From the NCBI GenBank assembly GCA_024404495.1, contig JAKSPT010000005.1:6483-70482 (forward strand): a DNA stretch of 64,000 bases. The letters are read 5' to 3'. A model generated the notes under the pieces. The model had not been told where the DNA came from. It searched no databases and saw only the letters and a program-made list of their open reading frames with translations. The stretch comes from Lachnospiraceae bacterium (GTDB taxonomy: Bacteria; Bacillota; Clostridia; Oscillospirales; CAG-272). Shown piece by piece: positions 25,448 through 35,620 of this stretch (positions are counted from its first letter, which is position 1; every line of letters starts with the position of its first letter). The position numbers were made by a program, and so were the translations under genes.

Positions 25448-25831
25448 TTACAGGAACCACGCGGCTGCAGAGATCACGGCGAGCATGATCCCGACGACGA
25501 AATAAAAGGGGGAAAGCCAGTTCGTCGTGCCGTAGATCTCAAGGATCCCGCGGACGAGAAAGCCGACGGTCAGGGTGGCGACCGAGGCGTTTTCGGAAAA
25601 CAGGAAAAGAACGGGATAGTTCGGCTTCAGGGACCGGGCGCTGACCGTTTCCCAGAAGAACCGTCCGAACAGAAGGGGAAAGAGGAAGGCGTAGACCATG
25701 AACGCCGACCACACCCCGTGGGAAAAATACTCGTAAACGGCGCCGAAAAGCAGGGTCACGAGCGAGGCGGGCAGATAGAAGCGGGAGAGCGCCTTTGCGA
25801 TTTTGGAAAAATCAATATCCGATGTAGACAA
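25448..25831 (-). CDS. small polytopic membrane protein, unknown function
   Basis: 127 aa with about four hydrophobic segments. It overlaps the upstream gene end by 20 nt. Confidence 0.45.
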   Translation of the reverse strand: MSTSDIDFSKIAKALSRFYLPASLVTLLFGAVYEYFSHGVWSAFMVYAFLFPLLFGRFFWETVSARSLKPNYPVLFLFSENASVATLTVGFLVRGILEIYGTTNWLSPFYFVVGIMLAVISAAAWFL

Positions 25832-26708
25832 AATCGCTCACGCTCCTTTCCTCAATGCTCACGCCGTCGGAGGTCGGGACGTTCAGCACCTCGTCGAGAA
25901 AGACGAGGGTGGACGATCCGCCGCCGTCCATATTGTATGCCTTGCTTACGCCGAGCGACTGCATGAAGCAGCCGAACTGATAGAGCGACAGCCCCGCGCT
26001 CTCCTTCGTTCTGCCGTCCGAAACGACGAAGAAATAGTGGAGCGGCTCGACGATTCCGATGCCGGTGCGGGGATTGCTCGCGAGCGCGTGGAGGACCTCG
26101 TCGTGCTTGCCGACCGCGACCTCCCCGTTCTCCACGAGGGGCGGGCCGAAGGAAAACGCCTGCCACGCGCCCATTTCGGTCAGGGTCGCCGCCGGGTTGT
26201 CCTTTTCGGGCAGAAAAACGAAATCCCCGTCCTCGGTGATGACGAGATCGGTGCAGGTCTTGTCCCGCTTATCGCGGTAGAGGATGCCGTTGCGGAGGAC
26301 GTACCCCGTTTCGCGGGAGCCGTAATAGTCGCCGTTGATCGCGAGGATCGCGCCGCTTGCCTCCGCCATTTCGGAAACCGTCTGCTTCACGTTTTTGCCG
26401 TAGGTGTTCTTCGCGAAGCCGGCTTTCAGGTATTCCGCCGAGGAGAGAAAGACCTCGGCAACGTAGATGTCGGTGTCGTACTCCCGGTATTCCGAGAGCT
26501 TCACGCGGATATGCGCGTCGTGATAATCGAATTCCGAGAGGTCTTCTTCGGTCTCAAAAGCGGAATCGGGCAGGGGCTCGGCGGTTTCGGTGCTTACCGG
26601 CGCGTAGCTGCGCGGAATGACGAAGGTGTCGAGAAGAAGATACGCCGTGAACAGGATCAGAACGGCGCCGTAGAGGACGCCGAAACGCTTCAGACGGGTA
26701 ACTCCCAT
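25812..26708 (-). CDS. phosphodiester glycosidase family protein (NAGPA/DUF2233-like), membrane-anchored
   Basis: Start moved to MGVTRLKRFGVLYGAVLILFTAYLLL (signal anchor). Motifs AINGDYYG, GPPLVENGEV, NPRTGIGI, AYNMDGGGSSTLVF. Confidence 0.7.
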   Translation of the reverse strand: MGVTRLKRFGVLYGAVLILFTAYLLLDTFVIPRSYAPVSTETAEPLPDSAFETEEDLSEFDYHDAHIRVKLSEYREYDTDIYVAEVFLSSAEYLKAGFAKNTYGKNVKQTVSEMAEASGAILAINGDYYGSRETGYVLRNGILYRDKRDKTCTDLVITEDGDFVFLPEKDNPAATLTEMGAWQAFSFGPPLVENGEVAVGKHDEVLHALASNPRTGIGIVEPLHYFFVVSDGRTKESAGLSLYQFGCFMQSLGVSKAYNMDGGGSSTLVFLDEVLNVPTSDGVSIEERSVSDFVYIGY

Positions 26709-26864
26709 AATGTGACCTTTCTTTCCGGGGGATACGCCCCGGCGGTATGATATCCGACCGTGAGGAGGAGCGTCCCTTCGGGAACGGCTCTTTTCACGCG
26801 GAATCTTTCTTTTTCCATTATACACTTTTTTCGCGCGGTGTCAACCGTCTTTTCCCGCAAGCCG

Positions 26865-26893
26865 TTGACTTTCGCGCCGCACGCTGATATAAT
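26865..26893 (+). promoter_or_regulatory. sigma-A promoter of the 26941-35527 gene cluster
   Basis: TTGACT 26865-26870, 17-nt spacer, TATAAT 26888-26893. Confidence 0.65.
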
Positions 26894-26940
26894 GATAATA
26901 ATATAGGAATAAACCTTCTTTGAACGGAAAGGAACCGGGA

Positions 26941-29784
26941 ATGAAAAAGAAATTGACCTGTCTGCTTCTTGCCGCGCTGCTTCTGCCCTGCTCCTGCCGG
27001 AAAACCGAACCGGTGATCCCCGCGGAATCGGAGACCGGAGCGGTGACCGACGCAAAAGAGACCGAGCCCGAAAAGAAACCGGAGGAGGCGGAAAAAATGC
27101 CGACCGTTTTCGGAGATCACGCCGATAATTTCGCACCGGGAAAGCGCTCCGGGATCAACTCCCCGGAGGTCCTTTACGACGAAGCGGAGGGCGTTTACGT
27201 CCGTCACCGCGGCGCCGTGGAGATCGACGGACCGCGCACCTACGCGTCGGTCGACCGTCCCTACGCGCCCGCGATGTTCGTCAACGCGGACGGCTACGCC
27301 TGCGATCCCGATTCCGTGAAATCCTTTAAAAAGGCGGGATACGAATATATCGCTCACGACTCGTCGGCGAACAAGGCGGCGTACGGCGATTCGCATCCCG
27401 AGGTCCTTCAGCAGGCGGCAAACGGCAGCACCGACGGCTTCTGGGGCTCGCTCGTGCTGACCGACGACGTCATCAAGGCGAACACCCGCAATTTCTTCAA
27501 CGTCGCGGCAAAGAGCGCGAACTGGTGGATCGGCTTCTCGGAGCCCGAAATGTTCCGCGGCGGTCTGTACGGCGAGGCGTACAAGCAGCTCTGGGAAGAC
27601 GCCTACGGCGAATACTGGGCCGATCCCGCGTCCGATCCGACCGCGCTCTTCATGGCGAACCGTCTGAATATCCGGACGCACACCCACGCCATCCGCTCCT
27701 ACCTCGACGCGATCCGCAAGAAGAACGCCGCGTTCGATAATTTCGCGGTCGCGCCGCACAGCACGCTCGCCTACGCCCGTATCGGCGTGACCGACGGGTA
27801 CGTCCACATGATGGGCACCGGGCGCGTGAAGACCGTGACCGGGCAGACGTGGAGCAACACGATCGAAGCGCCCTTCCGGTATCAGGGGCAGGCGACGAAG
27901 GACACCTTTATCAACGCGCTGATCGACTACGGCACCTACCTCGACGCCGCCGACTATTACGGCGCGGACTTCTTCGCCCTCTGCGACCCGATGTCCGATA
28001 CCGCCGCGTCGACCGGGACCGAGGAATACTGGCGTACCCTCTGCCACGAGCAGCTCGTCGCTTCGCTGATGTATCCCGGCATCAACCGCTGGCAGTTCAT
28101 CTGGACCAACCGTTCCTTTATGAACGTCTCCCCGGAGTACCGCTCCGAGCAGCTCGCGATCCACAACGCCTTCCTCGACATTTCGGGAAAGGAATATACG
28201 ATGAAATCGGGCACGCCCGGCATCACCTATCTGCTCGGCGATACGCTGGCATGGCAGAACGAGAATGAAAAATGGGGCGAAAACGCGGTGGACGGCTTCT
28301 TCGGCGTGACGGCGCCCCTGCTGTACGACGGTATCCTCGTCGAGACCCGCGCGATGGAGCTGGTGACGGCGAAGGAGGACCTCGACGGCGTCTCCCTGCT
28401 GATCGTCTCCTACGACAATCAGAAGCCGCTTTACGAAGAAACCAACGAAGCGATCGCAGATTTCGTCAAGGCGGGCGGCACGCTCCTTTATCTCGGCGGT
28501 CCCGACCGGTATCTTGAGATCGGGGACGCGTGGTGGGGCGACGGCTCTCCCACCGCCGACCTTCTGGAAAAGCTCGGTCTTTCGGGCGTGAAGGCGGAAA
28601 CGCTGACGAAAAAGTCCACGCTCGTGTGGAAGGGCAGCGCGCCGGACGGCTTCAACGGAAACGAAATGACGGTCGGGAACGACAAATTCACCTATACGTA
28701 TTCCGGAGAGGGCTTCACCCCGATCCTCGAAACGAAAAACGGCGACTGCATCGGCATGGAAGCCGAAGCCGGGGAAGGGCGCGTCCTGATGGTCGGTCTT
28801 TCCACGACCGATCTCTCGGACAGCGCGTCGGGCGCGGCGCTGATGCGCGGTCTGACCGCGCTCGCGCTCGAAAGCACGGATTACGAATACAAAACCGCCG
28901 ACGCCTACGTTGCACAGCGCGGCGACTATACCGCCGTCTATCCGCTGAGAGGCACCTATACGCTGAAGGGCACCTACGTCAATATCTTTTCCCCGACGCT
29001 TGAGGTCGTGACCGATCCCGTGATCGCGGAAAAGGAAGCGGCGCTGTATTATAAGGCTCCGGAAATGACCGATACGCCCCGCGTTTCTTACGCGGGCGGC
29101 GTGGAGGAGAGCCGGAACGAAGGAAAAGACAAAATCGAGATCACGGTCCGCGCGGCGGAAAACGCGCTGATCCCGATCCGCTTCGCGGCGCCCAAAGGGG
29201 TTTATCCCGCCTCCGTGACCGCCGCTTATGAGGGCGGCAGCGAAACGAAGGCGGCGACCTCCTTCGACGAAAAGACGAACACCCTGCTCGTGACGCTTTA
29301 TACCCTTCCGACCGCGCCCGCAAAGGTGACGGTCACGTGGGGCAGCGAAAAGGGGAAGGTCAAAAATTCCGAGTACGTCACCGTGAAGACGATCCGGGTC
29401 AACGACGCCGGGGAGGACAAGGCGTATCTCGTCTCAAATACCGGCGCGGCAAACGGCAATTACCGTTACTGCGACAAGGACGCACAGATCGTATGGAAAT
29501 TCGACACCTCGGAATACGAGGGGCTGCAGCTCGCGGTCTCGGTCGTTTCCAACTATATCGTCGAGGTCTCCCGTGACGGGACGAACTATACCAAGGCGGC
29601 GGATTACAGTCAGATCAGCACCGTCCGCGCCTCCGGAACGAATCAGGCGGTGGTCCTCATCACGGCGGATACCGTTCCCGGCACCGGGAACGACCTTTAT
29701 ATCCGCCTCCGCAATACCGACAAGACGCAGGGCTGGGGCGGGGCGATCTCGCGCTTTGAATTCCGGTGTCTGAAGGAGAAATAA
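26941..29784 (+). CDS. large exported lipoprotein, putative glycan-active enzyme with C-terminal carbohydrate-binding-like module
   Basis: Start at MKKKLTCLLLAALLLPCSC (lipobox). An internal IVSYDNQKPLYEETNEAIADFVKAGGTLLYLGG resembles a class-I glutaminase-like/ThuA-type domain seen in glycosidases. No catalytic family assigned. Confidence 0.4.
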   Translation: MKKKLTCLLLAALLLPCSCRKTEPVIPAESETGAVTDAKETEPEKKPEEAEKMPTVFGDHADNFAPGKRSGINSPEVLYDEAEGVYVRHRGAVEIDGPRTYASVDRPYAPAMFVNADGYACDPDSVKSFKKAGYEYIAHDSSANKAAYGDSHPEVLQQAANGSTDGFWGSLVLTDDVIKANTRNFFNVAAKSANWWIGFSEPEMFRGGLYGEAYKQLWEDAYGEYWADPASDPTALFMANRLNIRTHTHAIRSYLDAIRKKNAAFDNFAVAPHSTLAYARIGVTDGYVHMMGTGRVKTVTGQTWSNTIEAPFRYQGQATKDTFINALIDYGTYLDAADYYGADFFALCDPMSDTAASTGTEEYWRTLCHEQLVASLMYPGINRWQFIWTNRSFMNVSPEYRSEQLAIHNAFLDISGKEYTMKSGTPGITYLLGDTLAWQNENEKWGENAVDGFFGVTAPLLYDGILVETRAMELVTAKEDLDGVSLLIVSYDNQKPLYEETNEAIADFVKAGGTLLYLGGPDRYLEIGDAWWGDGSPTADLLEKLGLSGVKAETLTKKSTLVWKGSAPDGFNGNEMTVGNDKFTYTYSGEGFTPILETKNGDCIGMEAEAGEGRVLMVGLSTTDLSDSASGAALMRGLTALALESTDYEYKTADAYVAQRGDYTAVYPLRGTYTLKGTYVNIFSPTLEVVTDPVIAEKEAALYYKAPEMTDTPRVSYAGGVEESRNEGKDKIEITVRAAENALIPIRFAAPKGVYPASVTAAYEGGSETKAATSFDEKTNTLLVTLYTLPTAPAKVTVTWGSEKGKVKNSEYVTVKTIRVNDAGEDKAYLVSNTGAANGNYRYCDKDAQIVWKFDTSEYEGLQLAVSVVSNYIVEVSRDGTNYTKAADYSQISTVRASGTNQAVVLITADTVPGTGNDLYIRLRNTDKTQGWGGAISRFEFRCLKEK

Positions 29785-29787
29785 ACG

Positions 29788-31779
29788 ATGAAAAGCATGA
29801 ACACGGCGCATCCCCGTCTGTTTTTCGACCGGGAAGCGGTAAAAAAGATCGAAAAAAACGGCGATTACGTGAAAAAACTGCGTGAAAACGCGAAAAAACT
29901 CGCCGAAAAGCCGTTTTTCAGCGAGGAATACGCCAATTCGGAGCCGACCCAGCACGGGAAATTCTTCGATCTCGGCGCGCAGATGGAGCAGTTTTCCGAG
30001 ACCTTCGGCATTCTGTACCTGCTCGGCGAGAAGGAATACTTCCCGAAGATGCGGGACGCGATGCTGCATTACGCGAAATTCGAGGTATGGGCGGGTCCCG
30101 CGAACAAATCCCGCAAGGTGCCGTGGCATTCCGAGCTTTCGACGACGCGGATCCTGTACGGCTTCGCCTTTGCCTACGACTGTATGTACGACGGCTTCAC
30201 CGAGGAGGAACGGAAGACGATCCGCGAGGCGATGATCCGCCTCGGCATCCGTCCCCTCCTTTCCGACTGGGTCCTGCCCGGGGAGCGCATCCACGCGCTC
30301 GACTCGATGGGGCATAACTGGTGGGCGGTCTGTATCGCGCTTGCCGGGGTCGGCATCCTTTCGATCCTCGACGAGGAGCCGCAGACCGAGGAATGGCTGA
30401 GGCTGACCGATGAGGCGCTGCACGGTTTTACGGAGTACGGCGGCGCGTCCCTGCTCAACAAGGTCAGCAATTTCGACGGGCGCGGGATGTTCTACGAAAG
30501 CGCCGGCTATTTCAACTACGGCACGGGCGAGCTCTGCCGCTATCTGCTCGCGCGGAAAAACTGCCTCGGGAAAGGGACGGAGGACTTTCCGGTGCTCGAT
30601 CAAGTCCCGGACGCTTTCATGGCGCTCTCCCACCCGGTCGCGGACAGCCGGAAATTCCTCTTCGTCAATTTCGGCGACAGCTCGCTGACCTCTGCGGGCT
30701 ACGAGCTGCTGCCCCGCCGTCTTCTCGCTCTCGGGATCGGGGACGACAATTTCCGACGCTTCTACCGGGATCTGAAAAAGGCGGATACTTATCTCGATCT
30801 GATCTATCCCGAAGCCTACGAAACCGACGGGGAGCCGGTCGTTCTGCCTTCTCCCGACGTCTATCCCGATACCGGGCTCGCCTTCTTCCGCGACGGCGAT
30901 ACCGAGCTTGCCGTCCGCTGCGGCTTTACGTGGAACCACGCCCACGACGACGGCGGCAGCTTCCTGTATTTCGCGAACGGGGAGGATATCCTCTGCGATT
31001 CCGGTTCGGTCCCGTACAATAAGAAGGATTACGTCGGGCATTACTGCTCCGCCGAGGCGCACAGCGTCGTCAAGGTCGGCGGCAGGGGACAGTTTGAGGA
31101 AAATAACTACCGCGGCAGCCGTTTTACGGGAAAAGTGGAGCTTCTGACCGATTCCTGCCTCCTCGCCGACGTGACGGGTCCGATGGCGGACCGCTGTATG
31201 CGCAATTTCCGTTCCTTCCTGCTCCTCGAAAAGGGACTTTTCGCCGTCGTTGACGAGATCTATACCTACGAACCGACCTCCTTTGAGTGGCTTCTGCACT
31301 ACCGCGGCGCGCTGACCGGGGAAAACGGCGTCTGTACGGTCAAGACCGAAAAGAATCTCCTCCGCTTCTTCCCCGTGACCGAGGCACCCTCGGAAACGGA
31401 GATCCGCACGCACGACGGCGTTTCCTATTTTGCCGATAATCAGAAAGAACCGTCCCGTTATTTCAACCGGATCACCGTCTTCTCCCTCGGGGAAGAGGAA
31501 ATCACGGTCACGAAAAAGGAATGGGCGGACAGCTATGGCTGTGAGATTATGAAAAACGGGAAACGGTATTTCATCGCTTACAACTACGAGGCGGACGGCA
31601 GAAGGATGCACGTCAACAGCAACAATACGATGAACGGTTACGAAACCGACGCCTATCTGCTCGCCGGAGGGGAAGGGAAGGTCACCGTGGTCTACGGCAG
31701 CTATCTCCGCAGAGACGGGAAGAACCTCTTCGAGTCCTTTACCAAGGAATCGGTGACCGTGAAAGAAGATTTATCATGA
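29788..31779 (+). CDS. heparinase II/III-like polysaccharide lyase family protein, cytoplasmic
   Basis: HPRLFF N-terminus. HNWWAVCIALAGVG, WNHAHDDGGSFLYFANGEDILCDSG, AEAHSVVKVGG are typical of the Hepar_II_III fold. No signal peptide. Confidence 0.65.
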   Translation: MKSMNTAHPRLFFDREAVKKIEKNGDYVKKLRENAKKLAEKPFFSEEYANSEPTQHGKFFDLGAQMEQFSETFGILYLLGEKEYFPKMRDAMLHYAKFEVWAGPANKSRKVPWHSELSTTRILYGFAFAYDCMYDGFTEEERKTIREAMIRLGIRPLLSDWVLPGERIHALDSMGHNWWAVCIALAGVGILSILDEEPQTEEWLRLTDEALHGFTEYGGASLLNKVSNFDGRGMFYESAGYFNYGTGELCRYLLARKNCLGKGTEDFPVLDQVPDAFMALSHPVADSRKFLFVNFGDSSLTSAGYELLPRRLLALGIGDDNFRRFYRDLKKADTYLDLIYPEAYETDGEPVVLPSPDVYPDTGLAFFRDGDTELAVRCGFTWNHAHDDGGSFLYFANGEDILCDSGSVPYNKKDYVGHYCSAEAHSVVKVGGRGQFEENNYRGSRFTGKVELLTDSCLLADVTGPMADRCMRNFRSFLLLEKGLFAVVDEIYTYEPTSFEWLLHYRGALTGENGVCTVKTEKNLLRFFPVTEAPSETEIRTHDGVSYFADNQKEPSRYFNRITVFSLGEEEITVTKKEWADSYGCEIMKNGKRYFIAYNYEADGRRMHVNSNNTMNGYETDAYLLAGGEGKVTVVYGSYLRRDGKNLFESFTKESVTVKEDLS

Positions 31780-34748
31780 AAAAAAGAGTTTCTGCAGCAC
31801 TGTTATCCTTATTGCTTTCGGCGTCCCTTGCGCTGCCCGCGTTTGCCTGCTGGGTCGCTTATGACGTCGTGCCGCGCGGCGAGGACGAATATTTCGATAC
31901 CGAATACTATAAGTCCTCCTTCGTTACGGCAAACGGACATTACGACGATCCCTCTCTGCTCGATTACGACGTCCGCGTCGCGGAGCAGCTCGTCAGCGAG
32001 GGCTGCGTTCTCCTCTGGAATGACGACGAAGCCCTTCCGCTCGCGGACGGGGACAAGGTCAGCCTCTTCGGCAACACCTCGGTCAATCTCGTCTATACCG
32101 GCTCCGGCTCGGGAACGATCCGCGTGACCGATGCCGTGACCCTGAAGGACGGGATGGAAAAATACGGGCTCTCGGTCAATCCGGAGCTCTGGAAATTCTA
32201 CGAATCGGGCGCGGGCTCAAAGGCGAAGGGCTATGGGCTGACGCAGGTGGGCAGCGGCGGAACGACGACCAACGGCGCGATCCTCTATACCAAAGAGGTG
32301 CCTTGGAAGGTGATCACCGCCGATAAAGGCGCTTCGGGCAGCTTCGCCTCTTATGCCGACGCGGCGTTTTTCGTCCTCGGCAGAAGCGGCGGCGAGGGCG
32401 GCGACCTTTCGATGAATCAGAAGGGCTACGATACGATCGGACAGAACTATCTCGAGCTTTCCGAAACCGAAAAAGAAATGCTCGAAAAACTGATCGAGGA
32501 GAAGGAAAAAGGTACCTTCGGCAAGCTGATCCTTCTGCTGAACTCGGCGAACGCGATCCAGTTTGAGGAAATATCCTCCCTCCGGGACGGCATCGACGCC
32601 TGCCTTTGGATCGGGGAACCCGGAAACGCGGGCGCGGGCGGCATCGGTAAACTGCTGACCGGGCTTTCCTCGCCCTCCGGCCATCTGCCGGATACCTTCT
32701 GCTATGACAACACGACCTCTCCCGCGATGACCGATTTTTACGTTCACCGCTATGAGAACGCGGGGGATTACGGTCTGAAGGACACGCAGACCGCCTATAC
32801 CGTCTACGCCGAGGGCATCTACGTCGGGTACGCGTATTACGAGACCCGCTACGAGGACAAAGTGCTCGGGCAGGGGAACGCGGGCGATTTCCGCTACGAA
32901 GACGAGGTTGCCTTCCCGTTCGGCTTCGGTCTTTCCTATACCTCCTTCGCGCTTTCGGGCGAAAAGTGGGAAGAGACGCTGAACGGCGGGTACGAACTGA
33001 CCGTGACGGTCGAAAATACCGGAAATCTTCCCGGACGGCACGTCGTGCAGGTCTACGCGCAGAAGCCATATACCGATTACGCGCGGGCAAACGCGATGGA
33101 GGTCCCCGCGATCCGGCTCGCCGGGTACGAAAAGACGAAGCTCCTTTCCCCGGGCGAAAAACAGACGCTGACCGTGACGGTCTCCCCGGAGACCTTCCGT
33201 ACCTACGACGCAAACGGCGCGGGTACCTATATCCTTGACGCCGGGCGGTATTATCTGACGGTCGGGGACGACGCGCACGACGCGCTGAACCGTATCTTAA
33301 TGAAAAAAGCCGCCGACGGTGTAAGGACCGATACCTCGCTGATGACGGAGCGCCCCGACGCCTCCGGCGTCTTCTCCTTCGACGTGAAGGAACGGGATAC
33401 CGAACGCTTCTCACGGTCGTCCCGGACCGGGGAAAAGATCGGAAACCGGTTCGACTTTGCCGACCTGAACAAAAACGCCGACGCGGACGGACAGACGGTC
33501 ACGTATCTGACGCGGAACGACTGGACAGGCACCTTCCCGACCGAAGTCCCGGTGCTCTCCCTGACCGACGCGCTCGTTTCCGACCTTGCCGATAAGCGGG
33601 ATATCCCCGAGGCAAAGGCGGAAGCCGACGCCTTTTACGCAGATGGCGGGCAGATCGTTTACGGCGCGGAGAACGGATTGAATTTCGCCGACCTCCGGGT
33701 ACTTTCGGGGACTCACGGCGGTGAGGATCGGATCTGGTCCGGAAAACTGCTCGACCAGACGACGCGGGCGGAGCAGGCGGAGCTCTGCTCGAACGGATAT
33801 CACGTTTCCTGCGCCGTCCCTTCGGTCGGAAAACCCGCTTCGCGGATGGAAAACGGACCGCTCGGCATTACGCAGAAATTCACGACATTTGAGGGAACGG
33901 TCTCGATCGGCTGGCCCTGCGAGCCGACCCGCGCGGCGGCGTTCAACCCCGGTCTTTCGGTGCTGTTCGGCAAGTGCGTCGGCGAGGACCTTCTGCACGC
34001 CGGGGTGACCGGGCTCTGGGGCTTCGGCGTCAATATCCACCGCACGCCCTATTCGGGCAGAAATTTTGAATACTATTCGGAGGACCCGCTCCTTTCGGGC
34101 GCCGTCTGCGCCGATGAGACGTGGGGCGCGCAGTCAAAGGGCGCGGTCGTGATGATCAAGCATTTCGTCGCGAATGATTCCGAGAGCCAGCGCCACGGCA
34201 ACAACGAGTGGATGACGGAGCAGACCCTGCGCGAGGTCTATCTCGCGCCGTTCGAGAAGGCATTCACCGAGGGCGGTGCCCTCGCGACGATGACCTCCTA
34301 CAACCGCCTCGGCACCCAGTGGACGGGCGGCTGCTACGCGCTTCTGACCGGGGTCCTGCGCGGGGAGTGGGGCTTTGACGGCTTCTGCTGCTCCGACTAT
34401 ACGAACGGCACCGGAACGCCCTATATGAATCCCTATACCGGCATTCAGGCGGGGTGCGACACCTTCGATTCCAACGTCTATCACGCCGACGTGTACGACG
34501 GCTATGAAAACGATCCCGTGATCGCCTACTGCTTGAGAAGGGCGACCGGGCATATCCTGACCGCCTTCAGCCGTTCCTCCGCCGTCAACGGCATCCGCCC
34601 GACGCTTGCGCTTGAACTGCCGCAGAATCCCCGGAAGCCCGGGAAAACGTGGGTCCCGTACGTCTGCGGCGGCGCGGGGATCGTTCTTCTCGGTTCCATC
34701 GTAACAATCATTCTGATAAAAACCAAAAAGAAAGGCAAAACGGCATGA
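31776..34748 (+). CDS. GH3 beta-glucosidase-family enzyme with permuted domain order, signal peptide and C-terminal membrane anchor
   Basis: The alpha/beta-sandwich domain and Fn3-like domain (HVVQVYAQKP...RLAGYEKTKLLSPGEKQTLTVTV) come before the TIM-barrel catalytic domain (NIHRTPYSGRNFEYYSEDP, IKHFVANDSE, GFCCSDY). C-terminal GGAGIVLLGSIVTIILIKTKKKGKTA. Confidence 0.8.
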   Translation: MKKRVSAALLSLLLSASLALPAFACWVAYDVVPRGEDEYFDTEYYKSSFVTANGHYDDPSLLDYDVRVAEQLVSEGCVLLWNDDEALPLADGDKVSLFGNTSVNLVYTGSGSGTIRVTDAVTLKDGMEKYGLSVNPELWKFYESGAGSKAKGYGLTQVGSGGTTTNGAILYTKEVPWKVITADKGASGSFASYADAAFFVLGRSGGEGGDLSMNQKGYDTIGQNYLELSETEKEMLEKLIEEKEKGTFGKLILLLNSANAIQFEEISSLRDGIDACLWIGEPGNAGAGGIGKLLTGLSSPSGHLPDTFCYDNTTSPAMTDFYVHRYENAGDYGLKDTQTAYTVYAEGIYVGYAYYETRYEDKVLGQGNAGDFRYEDEVAFPFGFGLSYTSFALSGEKWEETLNGGYELTVTVENTGNLPGRHVVQVYAQKPYTDYARANAMEVPAIRLAGYEKTKLLSPGEKQTLTVTVSPETFRTYDANGAGTYILDAGRYYLTVGDDAHDALNRILMKKAADGVRTDTSLMTERPDASGVFSFDVKERDTERFSRSSRTGEKIGNRFDFADLNKNADADGQTVTYLTRNDWTGTFPTEVPVLSLTDALVSDLADKRDIPEAKAEADAFYADGGQIVYGAENGLNFADLRVLSGTHGGEDRIWSGKLLDQTTRAEQAELCSNGYHVSCAVPSVGKPASRMENGPLGITQKFTTFEGTVSIGWPCEPTRAAAFNPGLSVLFGKCVGEDLLHAGVTGLWGFGVNIHRTPYSGRNFEYYSEDPLLSGAVCADETWGAQSKGAVVMIKHFVANDSESQRHGNNEWMTEQTLREVYLAPFEKAFTEGGALATMTSYNRLGTQWTGGCYALLTGVLRGEWGFDGFCCSDYTNGTGTPYMNPYTGIQAGCDTFDSNVYHADVYDGYENDPVIAYCLRRATGHILTAFSRSSAVNGIRPTLALELPQNPRKPGKTWVPYVCGGAGIVLLGSIVTIILIKTKKKGKTA

Positions 34749-35527
34749 AAAAGCAGATCATTTCACTTCTTCTCGCGCTTCTCCTTCTCCTTTCGCTCGC
34801 TTCCTGCGGCAAACCCGAAACGCCCCCTTCCGATACGGTCCCCGTGACCGATCCCGCGACGGCGGCACCCGATACCAAAGCGCCCGACACCGGGGCGCCC
34901 TCGACCGCGGAGCATACCCGCTCCGACGAACCGATGGACCCCGGCACGCTGATCGACGACGGCGGCGAGATCAAAGTGACGCCTCCTTCCGACGCGCACA
35001 CCGTCGTGAAGACGAGCGGCGAGCACCGCATCGTGATCGGTGAGAACAAGGCGTGCTACACGCTGACCGGAACGACCGAGGCGACCTGGACGAACAGCGG
35101 CAGCACCTTCAACCGCGTCCGCTGCAATGCGCCCGCCGAGCTGACCTTCTCGATGGACTTTTCGGGCGCGGCTGACAAAACGAAGGTCGGATGCGTCATC
35201 ACGCTGATCTCGGTCCGCGCGCACACCTGCATTTCGGTCTCCGCCGACGGCGAAAACTGGACGGATATCGGTTACGCGGAGGGCAGCGGCATCCACGCCG
35301 ACCACAGCGCCCACTGCGGCGAGCTGCTCGGCAAATCGGTTTCCGACGCCAATCTGTATCAGTGCTGGTACTCCCTCGGCGACTATCTGACCGACAGCGG
35401 AAAGCTTTACGTCAAGTGCCATTCCTCCGACGCCTATGAATCGAGCCTTTCGGGCGATCTCGGCACCGACGTCATCGGTTACGTCAGCTATTTCGAGTAT
35501 TTTGAGATCGTGAGCGAAACCCTGTGA
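34745..35527 (+). CDS. lipoprotein of unknown function
   Basis: ATGA overlap with the GH3 stop. MKKQIISLLLALLLLLSLASCGK lipobox. Confidence 0.5.
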   Translation: MKKQIISLLLALLLLLSLASCGKPETPPSDTVPVTDPATAAPDTKAPDTGAPSTAEHTRSDEPMDPGTLIDDGGEIKVTPPSDAHTVVKTSGEHRIVIGENKACYTLTGTTEATWTNSGSTFNRVRCNAPAELTFSMDFSGAADKTKVGCVITLISVRAHTCISVSADGENWTDIGYAEGSGIHADHSAHCGELLGKSVSDANLYQCWYSLGDYLTDSGKLYVKCHSSDAYESSLSGDLGTDVIGYVSYFEYFEIVSETL

Positions 35528-35620
35528 AATCCCCTTGCATTTTTTCCCGGTGTATGGTATTATCAAACTGACAGTAAACAGAACGCGCATTTTGAGATCA
35601 AAAGAAAGGAAGAAAGCCCT